A stretch of DNA of 47,567 nt, taken from positions 1 through 47,567 of the IMG/VR virus record IMGVR_UViG_3300031949_000065; one strand, written 5' to 3'. Numbering within the stretch: position 1 is the first letter of the stretch; each line of letters begins with the position of its first letter. The notes below the pieces were generated by a model, which saw only the letters and a list, made by a program, of their open reading frames with translations, was not told where the DNA came from and ran no database searches. Of this stretch, positions 17,426 to 25,788 are shown in pieces. The stretch comes from a virus (taxonomy: Duplodnaviria > Caudoviricetes). The position numbers and the translations under genes were made by a program.

Positions 17426-19503
17426 GCCGTTGCCTCCTTGCCGTTCGCCTTCTTGGCGCGGGCCTGGGTGCGCGCGAGCTCGGCGTCGAGCTCGCACTTG
17501 CGAAGCGCGATCCGCTCCTGGCTCGCGATCTTCTCGCGCTCGATCTTCATGCGCTCCTCGAGGTCGAGGCGCCGGAATTCGACATCCGCCTGGGACGTGG
17601 CGGCCTGGCGGATCAGGTCCGTCTTCTTGAGCTCGCGCTCGCCCTCGTTGTCCTTCGCGCGCCGGTCGCTCTCGTACACGCGGGGATCGGGCTCCTTCGG
17701 CGGAGGCGGCTGCCCCTGCGGGTCGGTGAAGAAGAGGTCCGGCATCTGGAACCCCATCGTTTCGGCCATCTTGTTCGCCGCGTTGTAGACGTTTTGCGGC
17801 GTGACCACGTGGGTCAGCCCGCCCTGCGCGGTCGCCGCCTGGATCTGGAGCACCTGCGCCAGGAAGGCCATCCTCTCGGCCGCCTGGCCGGTGCCCAGGC
17901 CCACCTCGATCTCGAGGTCCATGTCGGTGCTCCAGGCCGAGGGGTCGATCTCGACCCACTCGCCGCGCACCTTCATCGCCCGCTTCTTCATGGGCGTCTC
18001 GACCAGGAGCTTGAGGTACTTGCGGAAGAAGTCCTTGATCCCCGTCTCGGCGAAGATCCGGGCGATCAGCTCGACCCGTGCCTGCGCCGCGGCCATCATC
18101 GAGGTGATTCCGGTGGCCGTGCTCTTGAGCGCGCTGGCGTCGATCCCCTGCATCCAGCGCGAGGCGCCGACCCGGTTCTCTTTCAGCCCCTCGAGCCATT
18201 CCATCATGTTGAAGGCCATCGGGGAGAGCGGCTGGATGACGATGGGGTTCACCATGCCGGGCGCGAGCACGCGCACGAGGTTTCCGGGGCGCGCCGCGAG
18301 CAGATCGTCGAGCTCGACCTGACCCTCGACCACCTCGAGCTGCGGGTTGTTCGTGAGGTAGAGGTTGTCGAGCATCTGGCGCAGCAGCGTCGAGCGGATG
18401 AGCTGGAGATCGCTGAGCTGGTCGGCGATCGAGATACCGAAGAACTTGTGCGGCATCGGGACCGGGCAGAGCGAGCAGAACGGCTGGTGATTCACCTCCT
18501 CGTCTTCGAGGATCGTGACCGAGGAATCGCCCACGGCCATGATGTTCCGCAGCTCGCTGTAGCCGTCGCCGTCCTCGTCGAGGCGGATCCAGCAGTCGTT
18601 GAGCCAGAGCTCCTCGCTCGCTACGTCCATCCGCATCGCGGTGCCGATGATTTCGTCCTCTTCGCCAGCCCGCCGCTCGACGGACTCGCCCGAGAGCTCC
18701 ACGGAGTTGTCCTGCGGTAGCGAGAGGACGAGGTTCTTCGGGTAGCCGAGCGCGATCAGGTCGGATCGCGTGACCTTGCGGCGGTGGGCGACGAAGGGCG
18801 TCGCGTCGTTCAGCTTGCGCGCGCGCTGCGCGATCAGAAATTCCTCGGGCGGGACGCCCTCCGCCACGATCCGGCTCACGGGCTCGGCCTGGACGGTCAC
18901 GACCGTATAGAGGCCGTCCGGGCGCTCCTCGAAGGCCACCGGCTGGAGCCGCTCGTCGAGGAGCAGCATCGCCAGGCCCTCGATCGTGAGCCCCCGATAG
19001 GTCTCGCGCTTGGGCTCGACCCGCTCCTCGTGGGTCAGCTTCACGAAGCCGTTCTTCTCGAGCAGCGCGTCCTTGCACCAGTTGTAGAAGAGGATGAAGC
19101 CGTCCTGGTTGTCGCGGAAGTCGGCGTTCACGAACGCCGTGGCTTGCTGCGCGCCCGCGGTCTGGTCCGCGCGGCGCTCCTTGTAGCGGACGGTCATGTG
19201 GCCGCCCAGGAACATCCGCATGATCGAGGGCAGGATCCACTCGATCGTGTCGGCAACGTCCGTGAGCACGACCTTCGAGCGGCCCTCCTGCTCGTTCCCG
19301 AACTCCCGGCCGTAGTAGTACCGGAGGGCCTTTCGCCGCTCCTCGCTCGTCACGCTCGAGAAGTGGCCGATCGCGGTCTGGATCTCCCACTCGACGGTCG
19401 CCTTCACCTCGTCCGCGCTGAGCGGGCGGATCTCACGGCCGCCCGAGCTCTCGGGGACCGGCTCGACCGCGCTGGGACCGAGCGAAACCAGGGCAGAGGT
19501 CAT
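17422..19503 (-). CDS. Portal protein (P22/SU10-like)
   Basis: 693 aa; RRKALRYYYG..EGRSKVVLTDVADTIEWILPS..DALLEKNG..DEDGDG..DLQLIRSTLLRQMLDNLYLTNNP. Confidence 0.9.
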   Translation of the reverse strand: MTSALVSLGPSAVEPVPESSGGREIRPLSADEVKATVEWEIQTAIGHFSSVTSEERRKALRYYYGREFGNEQEGRSKVVLTDVADTIEWILPSIMRMFLGGHMTVRYKERRADQTAGAQQATAFVNADFRDNQDGFILFYNWCKDALLEKNGFVKLTHEERVEPKRETYRGLTIEGLAMLLLDERLQPVAFEERPDGLYTVVTVQAEPVSRIVAEGVPPEEFLIAQRARKLNDATPFVAHRRKVTRSDLIALGYPKNLVLSLPQDNSVELSGESVERRAGEEDEIIGTAMRMDVASEELWLNDCWIRLDEDGDGYSELRNIMAVGDSSVTILEDEEVNHQPFCSLCPVPMPHKFFGISIADQLSDLQLIRSTLLRQMLDNLYLTNNPQLEVVEGQVELDDLLAARPGNLVRVLAPGMVNPIVIQPLSPMAFNMMEWLEGLKENRVGASRWMQGIDASALKSTATGITSMMAAAQARVELIARIFAETGIKDFFRKYLKLLVETPMKKRAMKVRGEWVEIDPSAWSTDMDLEIEVGLGTGQAAERMAFLAQVLQIQAATAQGGLTHVVTPQNVYNAANKMAETMGFQMPDLFFTDPQGQPPPPKEPDPRVYESDRRAKDNEGERELKKTDLIRQAATSQADVEFRRLDLEERMKIEREKIASQERIALRKCELDAELARTQARAKKANGKEATA

Positions 19504-19513
19504 GGCACCCCCC

Positions 19514-19708
19514 CTACGCGGACGCGAGGTCGTGTCCGAGCCGGAGCTCCTTCAAGATCGTGGGGCGAGGGGGGATGTTCAGGGGATTGGGGTCATCATC
19601 CCGCAGGGCGGAGATCGTGCTCCGGTGCGCAGCCAGGGCGACCTGGTGCGAATTGCCCAGGGCCACGATCCGCCTCTCCAAGAGGCGGAGCCTCCGCTCG
19701 TAGTCCAT
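19514..19708 (-). CDS. Small hypothetical protein
   Basis: 64 aa with GGGGGAG RBS, fills TerL-portal gap. Confidence 0.55.
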   Translation of the reverse strand: MDYERRLRLLERRIVALGNSHQVALAAHRSTISALRDDDPNPLNIPPRPTILKELRLGHDLASA

Positions 19709-19729
19709 GTCTCCCCCCGGGTCAGGAGC

Positions 19730-21049
19730 CTACACGATCCAACGGCTCTCCGGCTGCCGGAAGGCGGAGGTGCGCACGGCGCGCATCCCCACGGCCAGGG
19801 TGCGGAAGGCATCCGCGGGGTGGGAGGCCCAGTTATGCAGGGGCTTGTCGCGGTAGAGCGGGTCCCCCTCCGGCCCTGCCTCCATCTCGACCTGCTCTTT
19901 CGTGTACTGCCGCAGCGCCTCGATCCCAACCCCGGTCTTCTCCTCATCGAACCAGCACTTCGGGATCAGGACGCGCACGGCCTGGATCCCGTCCTGGAGC
20001 GAGAGGCGCGGAACGACCCGCATCCGAAGCCCCAGCGAGCGCGCGATCTCGAGCGCCGACTTTCCGGTCCCGAGCTCACGCTGCTCCGCGTCGTGCGGGA
20101 CCAGGTGCTCCTGGTACACGTAGGGCTTCTCCGAGAGGATCTTCGCGTAGTGCTCGATCCCGACCCCGCTGTGGTGGTAGTAGTCGATGATCCGCGTCTC
20201 GCGACCGATCTGCTGCGCGAACCAGATCGACGTTTCGTCTCGCACGCCCAGGTCCCAGCCGGTGATGACGGGAGAGATCGGCTCGTGGGGAACGCGGCCG
20301 ATCCGCTTCTCCTCGAACGCCTTCGCCATCAGGTCGCCGTAGTAGGAGCCGACGAGAGGCGCGTCGAAGGAGCAGTAGTATTCCTGCTGCACCAGGTTCT
20401 CTGGCATCCCCGACTTCCGATCCTCGTCGATGGCCGCCTTTGAAACCGCTCCGGTGTCATCGACCGTGATGACCTGCGAGAACCAGTTCTCGTTCTCCTC
20501 GGCCTGGCGCAGCGTGCGGTAGGCGTGATTTCGACCCCGCGGCGTGAAAATGAAAATGGCCCAGCCCTCGTTCTCCGCGAGGATCGGCCGCAGGTAGGTC
20601 CACACCTCCGGGTTCATCACGCTCCACTCCGAGAAGACGATCCCCACCGGGTTCGCTCCCACGAGCCGATCGGGCTCGTCCGCGCCGACCACCTGGTAGG
20701 TGCTCCCGTTGGCGAACCAGAGCTGCATCCAGTCGTCGCGCCGCCTGATGCAGAGCTGCCCGGGCCCGGGATTCTTGCTGTCCGGGAAGTGGTCGAGGAA
20801 GAGCCGCCCGTCCCGCGTCATCCCCTCCCAAACGACCTTTCGCCCCTGGTTGTAGGTCGGGAGCACGTGCCAGTAGGCCCCGACCCGCTGGAAGAGCTGG
20901 GTCGCGATCCAGTTGACGCAGAAGAGGTCTTTCCCCGCGCGCCGGTGCCAGACGAGGGCCTGGCGCTTCGAGCCGGCCTCGAGCCGGTTCCACGCCTCCT
21001 GCTGGTACTGGCGCGGCTTCCAGTGGAGCGGAAGCGTGACCGTGCTCAT
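19730..21049 (-). CDS. terL: Terminase large subunit
   Basis: PRQYQ, WHRRAGKD Walker A, IVFSE Walker B, FTPRG, WDLG and WASHPADAFR nuclease motifs; ATGA-coupled start. Confidence 0.95.
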   Translation of the reverse strand: MSTVTLPLHWKPRQYQQEAWNRLEAGSKRQALVWHRRAGKDLFCVNWIATQLFQRVGAYWHVLPTYNQGRKVVWEGMTRDGRLFLDHFPDSKNPGPGQLCIRRRDDWMQLWFANGSTYQVVGADEPDRLVGANPVGIVFSEWSVMNPEVWTYLRPILAENEGWAIFIFTPRGRNHAYRTLRQAEENENWFSQVITVDDTGAVSKAAIDEDRKSGMPENLVQQEYYCSFDAPLVGSYYGDLMAKAFEEKRIGRVPHEPISPVITGWDLGVRDETSIWFAQQIGRETRIIDYYHHSGVGIEHYAKILSEKPYVYQEHLVPHDAEQRELGTGKSALEIARSLGLRMRVVPRLSLQDGIQAVRVLIPKCWFDEEKTGVGIEALRQYTKEQVEMEAGPEGDPLYRDKPLHNWASHPADAFRTLAVGMRAVRTSAFRQPESRWIV

Positions 21050-21276
21050 AGGAAGAGAGCAGCGATCCCAGCGCCGGTGGCCCAGGCGAGCCCCTCGATC
21101 CAGCGGTGGAGGGTCATCATCGGGTGGTCGTCCCGGTGCTGATCCATCTCGCGCAGCACGCCGGCCACCGCCGCGGGGAGCATGAAGGCGAGGACGGTCC
21201 AGAGCGAGCGCGGAGCCATGAGCGCGGGCAGCGCGAAGATCAGGGCGCCGCCGACGAAGTGCCAAAGCCACCCCAT
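21046..21276 (-). CDS. Small multi-pass membrane protein (holin candidate)
   Basis: 76 aa MGWLWHFVGG..., three hydrophobic segments. Confidence 0.55.
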   Translation of the reverse strand: MGWLWHFVGGALIFALPALMAPRSLWTVLAFMLPAAVAGVLREMDQHRDDHPMMTLHRWIEGLAWATGAGIAALFL

Positions 21277-21890
21277 CGCCTCTCCCCCTGGTTCCGATCG
21301 GGCCAGAGACCTAGGTACTTCTCGATCTTGGCCCGGTCGTGGCAGAAGATCCGCGAGAGCTCCTCGCGAGGCAAGCCGGTCGTCTTTGGGAAGGTCACGT
21401 CGGCCAAGCCGCCGAGCGCGAGCGCGAGCTTCACGACCGAGGCGAGCTCCGCGTTCGCGAGCTTCATCTTCTCGCGCGGCAGGGTCTCGAGGTAGTGCAG
21501 GTCCAGCACCGGGGCGAATCCGAGGAGCTTCTCGAAGACGTGGCGGCGCCGGCCGATCACGTGGGTCTCGCTCGGCCGGCTCCCGACCCAGCCCTCGAGA
21601 TACAGGCACTTGAAGGCCCCGCACTCGGCCGGACGCTCCTCGCGCCCCCAGATCGCGCAGCCCGTCGCGCACTGGTGCGCGCAGCGCGCGCCCTCGGCCT
21701 TCTCGAGCTCGGGGACCTCGAAGACGACGCAGCACTCCTGGCAGTCGCCGCAGGTCCGCTCGGCGTCTTCCTGGAGGAACGTCTCGAGGCGCAGGAGATC
21801 GGCGGCGAGGTCAGTCGAATGGATTTGGGGCAGGGGCTTCCCCGCCCTTCTCGCCCTTCGCCTTCGCATGAGCCGCTTGAGAGAACTCAT
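21240..21890 (-). CDS. YkgJ-like CxxCxxCC cysteine-cluster protein
   Basis: CGDCQECC..C..GCAIW..RPAECGAFKCLY. Confidence 0.7.
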   Translation of the reverse strand: MSSLKRLMRRRRARRAGKPLPQIHSTDLAADLLRLETFLQEDAERTCGDCQECCVVFEVPELEKAEGARCAHQCATGCAIWGREERPAECGAFKCLYLEGWVGSRPSETHVIGRRRHVFEKLLGFAPVLDLHYLETLPREKMKLANAELASVVKLALALGGLADVTFPKTTGLPREELSRIFCHDRAKIEKYLGLWPDRNQGERRWGGFGTSSAAP

Positions 21891-22092
21891 TCGCGTTCGG
21901 GCACGTCTCGAAGTGGGAGACGTACTTCTCCGTCGTCAGGGCCATCACCGGCTCGAGCACCCCCCGCGAGTCCACCGTGTAGAAGCTCTTGAGCTTCTGC
22001 GCCGGCATCATCTTGCCGCTCTTCGTCGGCAGGAAGACCAAGGGCATCCCGCACCGCCGGCAGGGCCGCCTTTCGAGATTGTCGGTCGGCAT
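21811..22092 (-). CDS. Small zinc-binding phage protein nested across terS 3' end and the next gene
   Basis: CRRCG..TKSGKMMP..SHFETCP; GAGGTG RBS; GC3-rich codons in this frame. Confidence 0.65.
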   Translation of the reverse strand: MPTDNLERRPCRRCGMPLVFLPTKSGKMMPAQKLKSFYTVDSRGVLEPVMALTTEKYVSHFETCPNANEFSQAAHAKAKGEKGGEAPAPNPFD

Positions 22093-22420
22093 TATCCAGC
22101 ACCTCGATCGCGCCGTCGCTCAGGCGCAGAATGTTGATCGTCATGCCCGCGCGACCCACGGGCGCGTCCGCCACGGCCTTCATCTCCGGGTAGCCGATCG
22201 CGATGAGGTCGAGCGCGGCCTGGCGGCGCACTCCTTCCCGGATCTTCGGGTTCTTCATCAGGATGCGGAGGATGTTCACGGCCTCCGCCGTGTAGCTGCG
22301 CGCGAGCTCGCGCACGCCCTCGACCGAGAGGCTCTCGATGCGCTCGAGCTCCGCGAGCTCGGCGGCTTCGGCCCGCACCGCGAGCCGTAGGTTCATCCCG
22401 GGAATCCGCGGCTTCGTCAT
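21887..22420 (-). CDS. Putative terminase small subunit
   Basis: VRELARSYTAEAVNIL..RRQAALDLIAIGY helical pattern; upstream of terL. Confidence 0.6.
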   Translation of the reverse strand: MTKPRIPGMNLRLAVRAEAAELAELERIESLSVEGVRELARSYTAEAVNILRILMKNPKIREGVRRQAALDLIAIGYPEMKAVADAPVGRAGMTINILRLSDGAIEVLDNADRQSRKAALPAVRDALGLPADEERQDDAGAEAQELLHGGLAGGARAGDGPDDGEVRLPLRDVPERE

Positions 22421-22815
22421 CGGCGACCCTCGTGTTCCAGACTAAAGTGTCCCGGATCGGCGAAGCGCCCGCCCCATCGGCAGAGCTCGTTTTCCGTCTC
22501 CCACCAGGCCCCGAGAGATTGGTAGGCGTCCTCGTTCCAGAGCGGCTTCCCGTCCAGGCAGAGAATCAGGTCCACGGCCAGGCCGTCGCGGTGAACCGAG
22601 AGCCTGATCCCGTGAGGCTTGAAGCGATGCTCGGTCCCGTGTCCCGTCGCGCTGCCCTTGCAGACGACGCAGTGGGTCGCGTTCCACTCCGCCTGCTGCT
22701 CGCCGCGGACCACCTCGCCGATCCGCACGTGGTAGCCCTGACGATGCGCCTCGGCGAGCAGCCTCGGGAGGAGCGTCGCGAAGAGCTCGCGTTTGGCACC
22801 AAGGTCGAGATTCAT
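22417..22815 (-). CDS. Endolysin, M15 family Zn-peptidase
   Basis: GEVVR..SVHRDGLAVD..RWGGRF..DPGHF (SxH-x6-D and DxxH ligands); ATGA-coupled start at 22815. Confidence 0.85.
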   Translation of the reverse strand: MNLDLGAKRELFATLLPRLLAEAHRQGYHVRIGEVVRGEQQAEWNATHCVVCKGSATGHGTEHRFKPHGIRLSVHRDGLAVDLILCLDGKPLWNEDAYQSLGAWWETENELCRWGGRFADPGHFSLEHEGRR

Positions 22816-23276
22816 GCGGCTCGATGCCTCCCTGCGACCCACATCCGTTGGTAGCAGCTTCGACAGAGACCCTTTGCGACATGAGGACGATCCGAATGGC
22901 AAACGGCGTTTCTCCTGGGTTTGAAAGTTGGCGCCGTTCTCCAGGTGCGAACGACCTCTGCGATCCTGGCGCGCCTTCGTTCGCCGAGCAGCGTCCACAG
23001 CGTCAGCATCCAAGCGATCGCTGTCCTTCCAGTACACCGGACGATGTAGGGCTGTTTTCGATTGGGCGGGTATTTCCTTCTCTCGATCGCTTTCACTCCG
23101 AGGAGGTCAGCGAGCCGAATCGCAACATCCCTGTCCGTCGTAGTGACATGGAGGATCGGCTGCACAGCCGTTCCCTTCCGGCTGTTCCTTCCCATTGAAA
23201 AGCAGCCTTCTCCTTCCAGATAGCCAGCCGCCCAGTGCAAATCGTCGCCGCGCTTCTGGCCGAGGTTGAGGATCAC
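22812..23276 (-). CDS. Free-standing LAGLIDADG homing endonuclease with C-terminal Zn-finger
   Basis: WAAGYLEGEGCF motif, TTTDRDV; C-terminal CH..H.AKGLCRSCY; visibly lower GC. Confidence 0.8.
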   Translation of the reverse strand: MILNLGQKRGDDLHWAAGYLEGEGCFSMGRNSRKGTAVQPILHVTTTDRDVAIRLADLLGVKAIERRKYPPNRKQPYIVRCTGRTAIAWMLTLWTLLGERRRARIAEVVRTWRTAPTFKPRRNAVCHSDRPHVAKGLCRSCYQRMWVAGRHRAA

Positions 23277-23494
23277 TTCTCGCCTCCAACAAGATGCTCT
23301 CGCAGCAGGTGAAAGACGCCCCAGGCATAGGTTCGCGCCTGCATCCGCGAATTGTAGATCAGCGGCGGCTCCGACTCGTGTTCTGCGCCTTGCGGAATCA
23401 GCAGAAGGATCAGGGCCATGTGCGGCTCCGCCGCCTCGAGCGCCGCTGTCAGCGCACGCCTCGCTCCGTCGAAGTAGATGACCTTCGCGCTCAC
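23273..23494 (-). CDS. Hypothetical protein
   Basis: GTGA-coupled start MSAKVIYFDG. Confidence 0.5.
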   Translation of the reverse strand: MSAKVIYFDGARRALTAALEAAEPHMALILLLIPQGAEHESEPPLIYNSRMQARTYAWGVFHLLREHLVGGEK

Positions 23495-23874
23495 ATCGGC
23501 CTGTAGAGCGGGAGCTTGCGGCTCCGCGGGGCGAGCGGCGGCGCGTCTACCTCGAGCACCGGACGGTGGTGATGGTGAAGCCACTGGCTCGGGCCTTGAG
23601 GCGGAACTTCCGGCTGAAATGCGGAGAGCACGAGGTAGCGGCGATGGCAGGACGGACAGATCGCGAGCTCCTCGAGCAGGTCGAAGAGCTCGCCTAGGTA
23701 GCTGTAGACCAGGATCGAGGCGACGGTCCTCGAGCTGTTGCAGCAGTGGAAACGAATCCGCCAGGCGTCGAGGTTGAACTCGCGCGAGACGCTGAGGCCG
23801 GGCACGTAGAAAGGGAAGAGGCGAGGGCGATCCCGAAGGGCCGCGCGCGGTCTCAGGATCGCCCCCGTCGTCAT
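23491..23874 (-). CDS. Hypothetical Cys/His protein
   Basis: HCC and CPSC motifs; tiles operon. Confidence 0.5.
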   Translation of the reverse strand: MTTGAILRPRAALRDRPRLFPFYVPGLSVSREFNLDAWRIRFHCCNSSRTVASILVYSYLGELFDLLEELAICPSCHRRYLVLSAFQPEVPPQGPSQWLHHHHRPVLEVDAPPLAPRSRKLPLYRPM

Positions 23875-23878
23875 GCGC

Positions 23879-24370
23879 CTAGCGCCGCGCCGTCTCGACC
23901 GGCTGGTTCTCGAGGTCGGGCAGGTCGATGTTCGGGTCGGCCTTCACGGTCGCCAGGTGCTTGTCGATCTTGTCGAGCACCGGAACCACGCGGCCAGCGT
24001 CCGCCACCGTGAAGCCCGCCGCGCGGTCGCACGAATCGCTGTGCGACACCTCGATCCGCAGCGCCGCCCAGAGCCGCTTCGCCTGCATCACGTCCTGGTT
24101 GACGTGATCGGCGAGCGTGGGCGCCGCCGGCAGCGAGAGCGGACGGGGGTGGTACTTCGGCAGATCCAGCTCGGGCTGGCCGCGGTACACCTCGAACCGC
24201 GCGCGGAAGAACGACACCATGTCGCCCGCCCGCTTGAGGTCGTGCTGGTTGGTCTCGAGACTGTCCTTGCTCTGGCACCGATCGAGCTCGATCAAGTAGG
24301 AGTCGATCCGGTTGGTCAGATCCAGGATGTCCAGGTTCGAGATCGTCGCCGGGCTCGGGATCGCGTCCAT
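23879..24370 (-). CDS. Helical protein with two-fold internal repeat
   Basis: 163 aa, strong codon bias, AGGAG RBS; QPELDLP / DPNIDLP repeat ends. Confidence 0.7.
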   Translation of the reverse strand: MDAIPSPATISNLDILDLTNRIDSYLIELDRCQSKDSLETNQHDLKRAGDMVSFFRARFEVYRGQPELDLPKYHPRPLSLPAAPTLADHVNQDVMQAKRLWAALRIEVSHSDSCDRAAGFTVADAGRVVPVLDKIDKHLATVKADPNIDLPDLENQPVETARR

Positions 24371-24373
24371 CGC

Positions 24374-24523
24374 TCATCTCCTTCTGGCGCGGCGCGCTTC
24401 CCGCTTCCGCACCTGCTTCACGTTGCCGGCGTTCGCCGCCGTGCAGATGGCGTGCGCATTTCGCACGTCCTTCTTCTTGGACACCTTCGCCACGCATCGC
24501 TTGTAGGCGGCAGGCAGGGTCAA
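24374..24523 (-). CDS. Small basic protein
   Basis: TTGA-coupled start, AGGAGG RBS; YKRCVAKV..NAHAIC. Confidence 0.55.
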   Translation of the reverse strand: MTLPAAYKRCVAKVSKKKDVRNAHAICTAANAGNVKQVRKREARRARRR

Positions 24524-24777
24524 CCCTCCTTCTTGTTCGCGCTGGGCCAGCGCGTTACGGAGTGGATCTTCGCGCCCTGGGGCCCGCACGCAACATGGGG
24601 CAGATCGTGGCCCGCGTCCCTGGTGCAGACGAAGCTCTCGCGCAGCTCGCCGCAGACCGGCTCCTGGCCAGGTCGGCACCAGGAGCACCAGCCGTCCGCG
24701 TCCTGCGCGTAGGTGCCACGGTCGAACGCGACCTCGAGCTCGCTCCGCCTCCTGAGCCCTCGCTGCTGCCGAGGCAC
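24520..24777 (-). CDS. Small Cys/His-rich protein
   Basis: CSWC and C..CTRDAGHDLPH; GAGG RBS. Confidence 0.5.
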   Translation of the reverse strand: MPRQQRGLRRRSELEVAFDRGTYAQDADGWCSWCRPGQEPVCGELRESFVCTRDAGHDLPHVACGPQGAKIHSVTRWPSANKKEG

Positions 24778-24778
24778 C

Positions 24779-24925
24779 TCAGAGCTTCGCCTCGTCGAGC
24801 TTGTGGTCGCCGCACCAGCGACCCAAGGCGACCTTCACGTCCTCGGGCGCGCTCTTGAGCACGAACCACATGCAGGTCCGGCAGCGCATCGTCGTCTCGC
24901 GGTGGGCCCACGGATCCTCAGGCAT
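24779..24925 (-). CDS. Small Cys protein (48 aa)
   Basis: MPEDPWAHRETTMRCRTCMWF..WCGDHKLDEAKL; GGAGGT RBS; below ORF-track cutoff. Confidence 0.55.
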   Translation of the reverse strand: MPEDPWAHRETTMRCRTCMWFVLKSAPEDVKVALGRWCGDHKLDEAKL

Positions 24926-25184
24926 CGAAGCACCTCCATTTCTCGACTTCGCAGGGAAGGCCGGGCGGGGTCACGGGCGACACCGGCCCGGCGCAGGCGC
25001 AGAACCAGATCGCGGCAGCGAGCAGCACCGAGAGAGCCAGCGCGGCCAGGTAGGGCCGCGTCCGCTCGCGCGGGTGCGCGCCTCCGCGCTGCGAGCAGCG
25101 CCAGCAGATCTCCTCGCCATCCGGCAGGTGAACCATCAGCGATCCGGGCCGAAAAGGGTGGCCGCAGCGCGAGCAGCCGCTCAG
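24918..25184 (-). CDS. Zn-ribbon plus transmembrane protein (probable CTG start at 25184)
   Basis: CSRC..CWRC followed by hydrophobic segment; first ATG at 25136 would lose the first CxxC. Confidence 0.5.
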   Translation of the reverse strand: MSGCSRCGHPFRPGSLMVHLPDGEEICWRCSQRGGAHPRERTRPYLAALALSVLLAAAIWFCACAGPVSPVTPPGLPCEVEKWRCFDA

Positions 25185-25435
25185 AACGCCAGCTCGAGCT
25201 GCTCGCCCTTCCAGGTGAGCTTCATCGTCTGCGTCTCGAGAGGAATCCGCTCGCGCGGCTTCAAGTCGAGCTCGATCTCGCCCTCGCGGTTGCTCCGAAA
25301 CTGCGCGGTGACGGTGAAGCTGGCCTGGCGGCCGCTCTCCTTCATCGCCTGCTGGATCCTCGGCATCGAAGCCGTGAGCATCCTCGCGAACGTGTCTCCG
25401 GCCTCCTGGGCCAGCCCGGACGGTTGCTTCGTCAT
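25181..25435 (-). CDS. Hypothetical protein
   Basis: MTKQPSGLAQ..., GGGGGTG RBS, good codon bias. Confidence 0.6.
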   Translation of the reverse strand: MTKQPSGLAQEAGDTFARMLTASMPRIQQAMKESGRQASFTVTAQFRSNREGEIELDLKPRERIPLETQTMKLTWKGEQLELAF

Positions 25436-25446
25436 CTCACCCCCTG

Positions 25447-25788
25447 TTAGAAGAGCTCGAGTTCTTCGCCCTCTCCGTTCCAATCATCCTCGGACTCGTG
25501 CTCGAGCAGCACGTCCGCGCTGGCCTTGCGCTTCTCGAAGAAGCCGGCGAGCTCTGGGTGGTCCTGCTCGAACATGCGCGCGTAGAAAGGACTCCAGATC
25601 GAGTTGATCTTGAAGCCGTCGGGGTCGTTCGTCTCGATCGCGGTGAACCAGCGGATCCGGTGGAAGATCGCCCGCGCAGAGAAGCGGCCGCGCCCGGTCG
25701 CTGCGACCTGGAGCGCGAAGCGCGTGAAGAGTTCATAGACCTCGGGATGCTCACGGTGGAAGATCTCGAACCTGGCCGGGTCGATCAT
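25447..25788 (-). CDS. Conserved phage hypothetical protein
   Basis: FEIFHREHPEVY..RIRW..FKIN..FYARMF pattern. Confidence 0.7.
   Translation of the reverse strand: MIDPARFEIFHREHPEVYELFTRFALQVAATGRGRFSARAIFHRIRWFTAIETNDPDGFKINSIWSPFYARMFEQDHPELAGFFEKRKASADVLLEHESEDDWNGEGEELELF

Noticed and set aside
10320-19390. Long alternative-frame minus ORFs (891, 1083, 744 and 721 aa)
   Set aside because: Arg/Pro/Gly-rich off-frame extensions; only the 3' parts are real genes, with starts at 10652, 13555, 15681 and 17425
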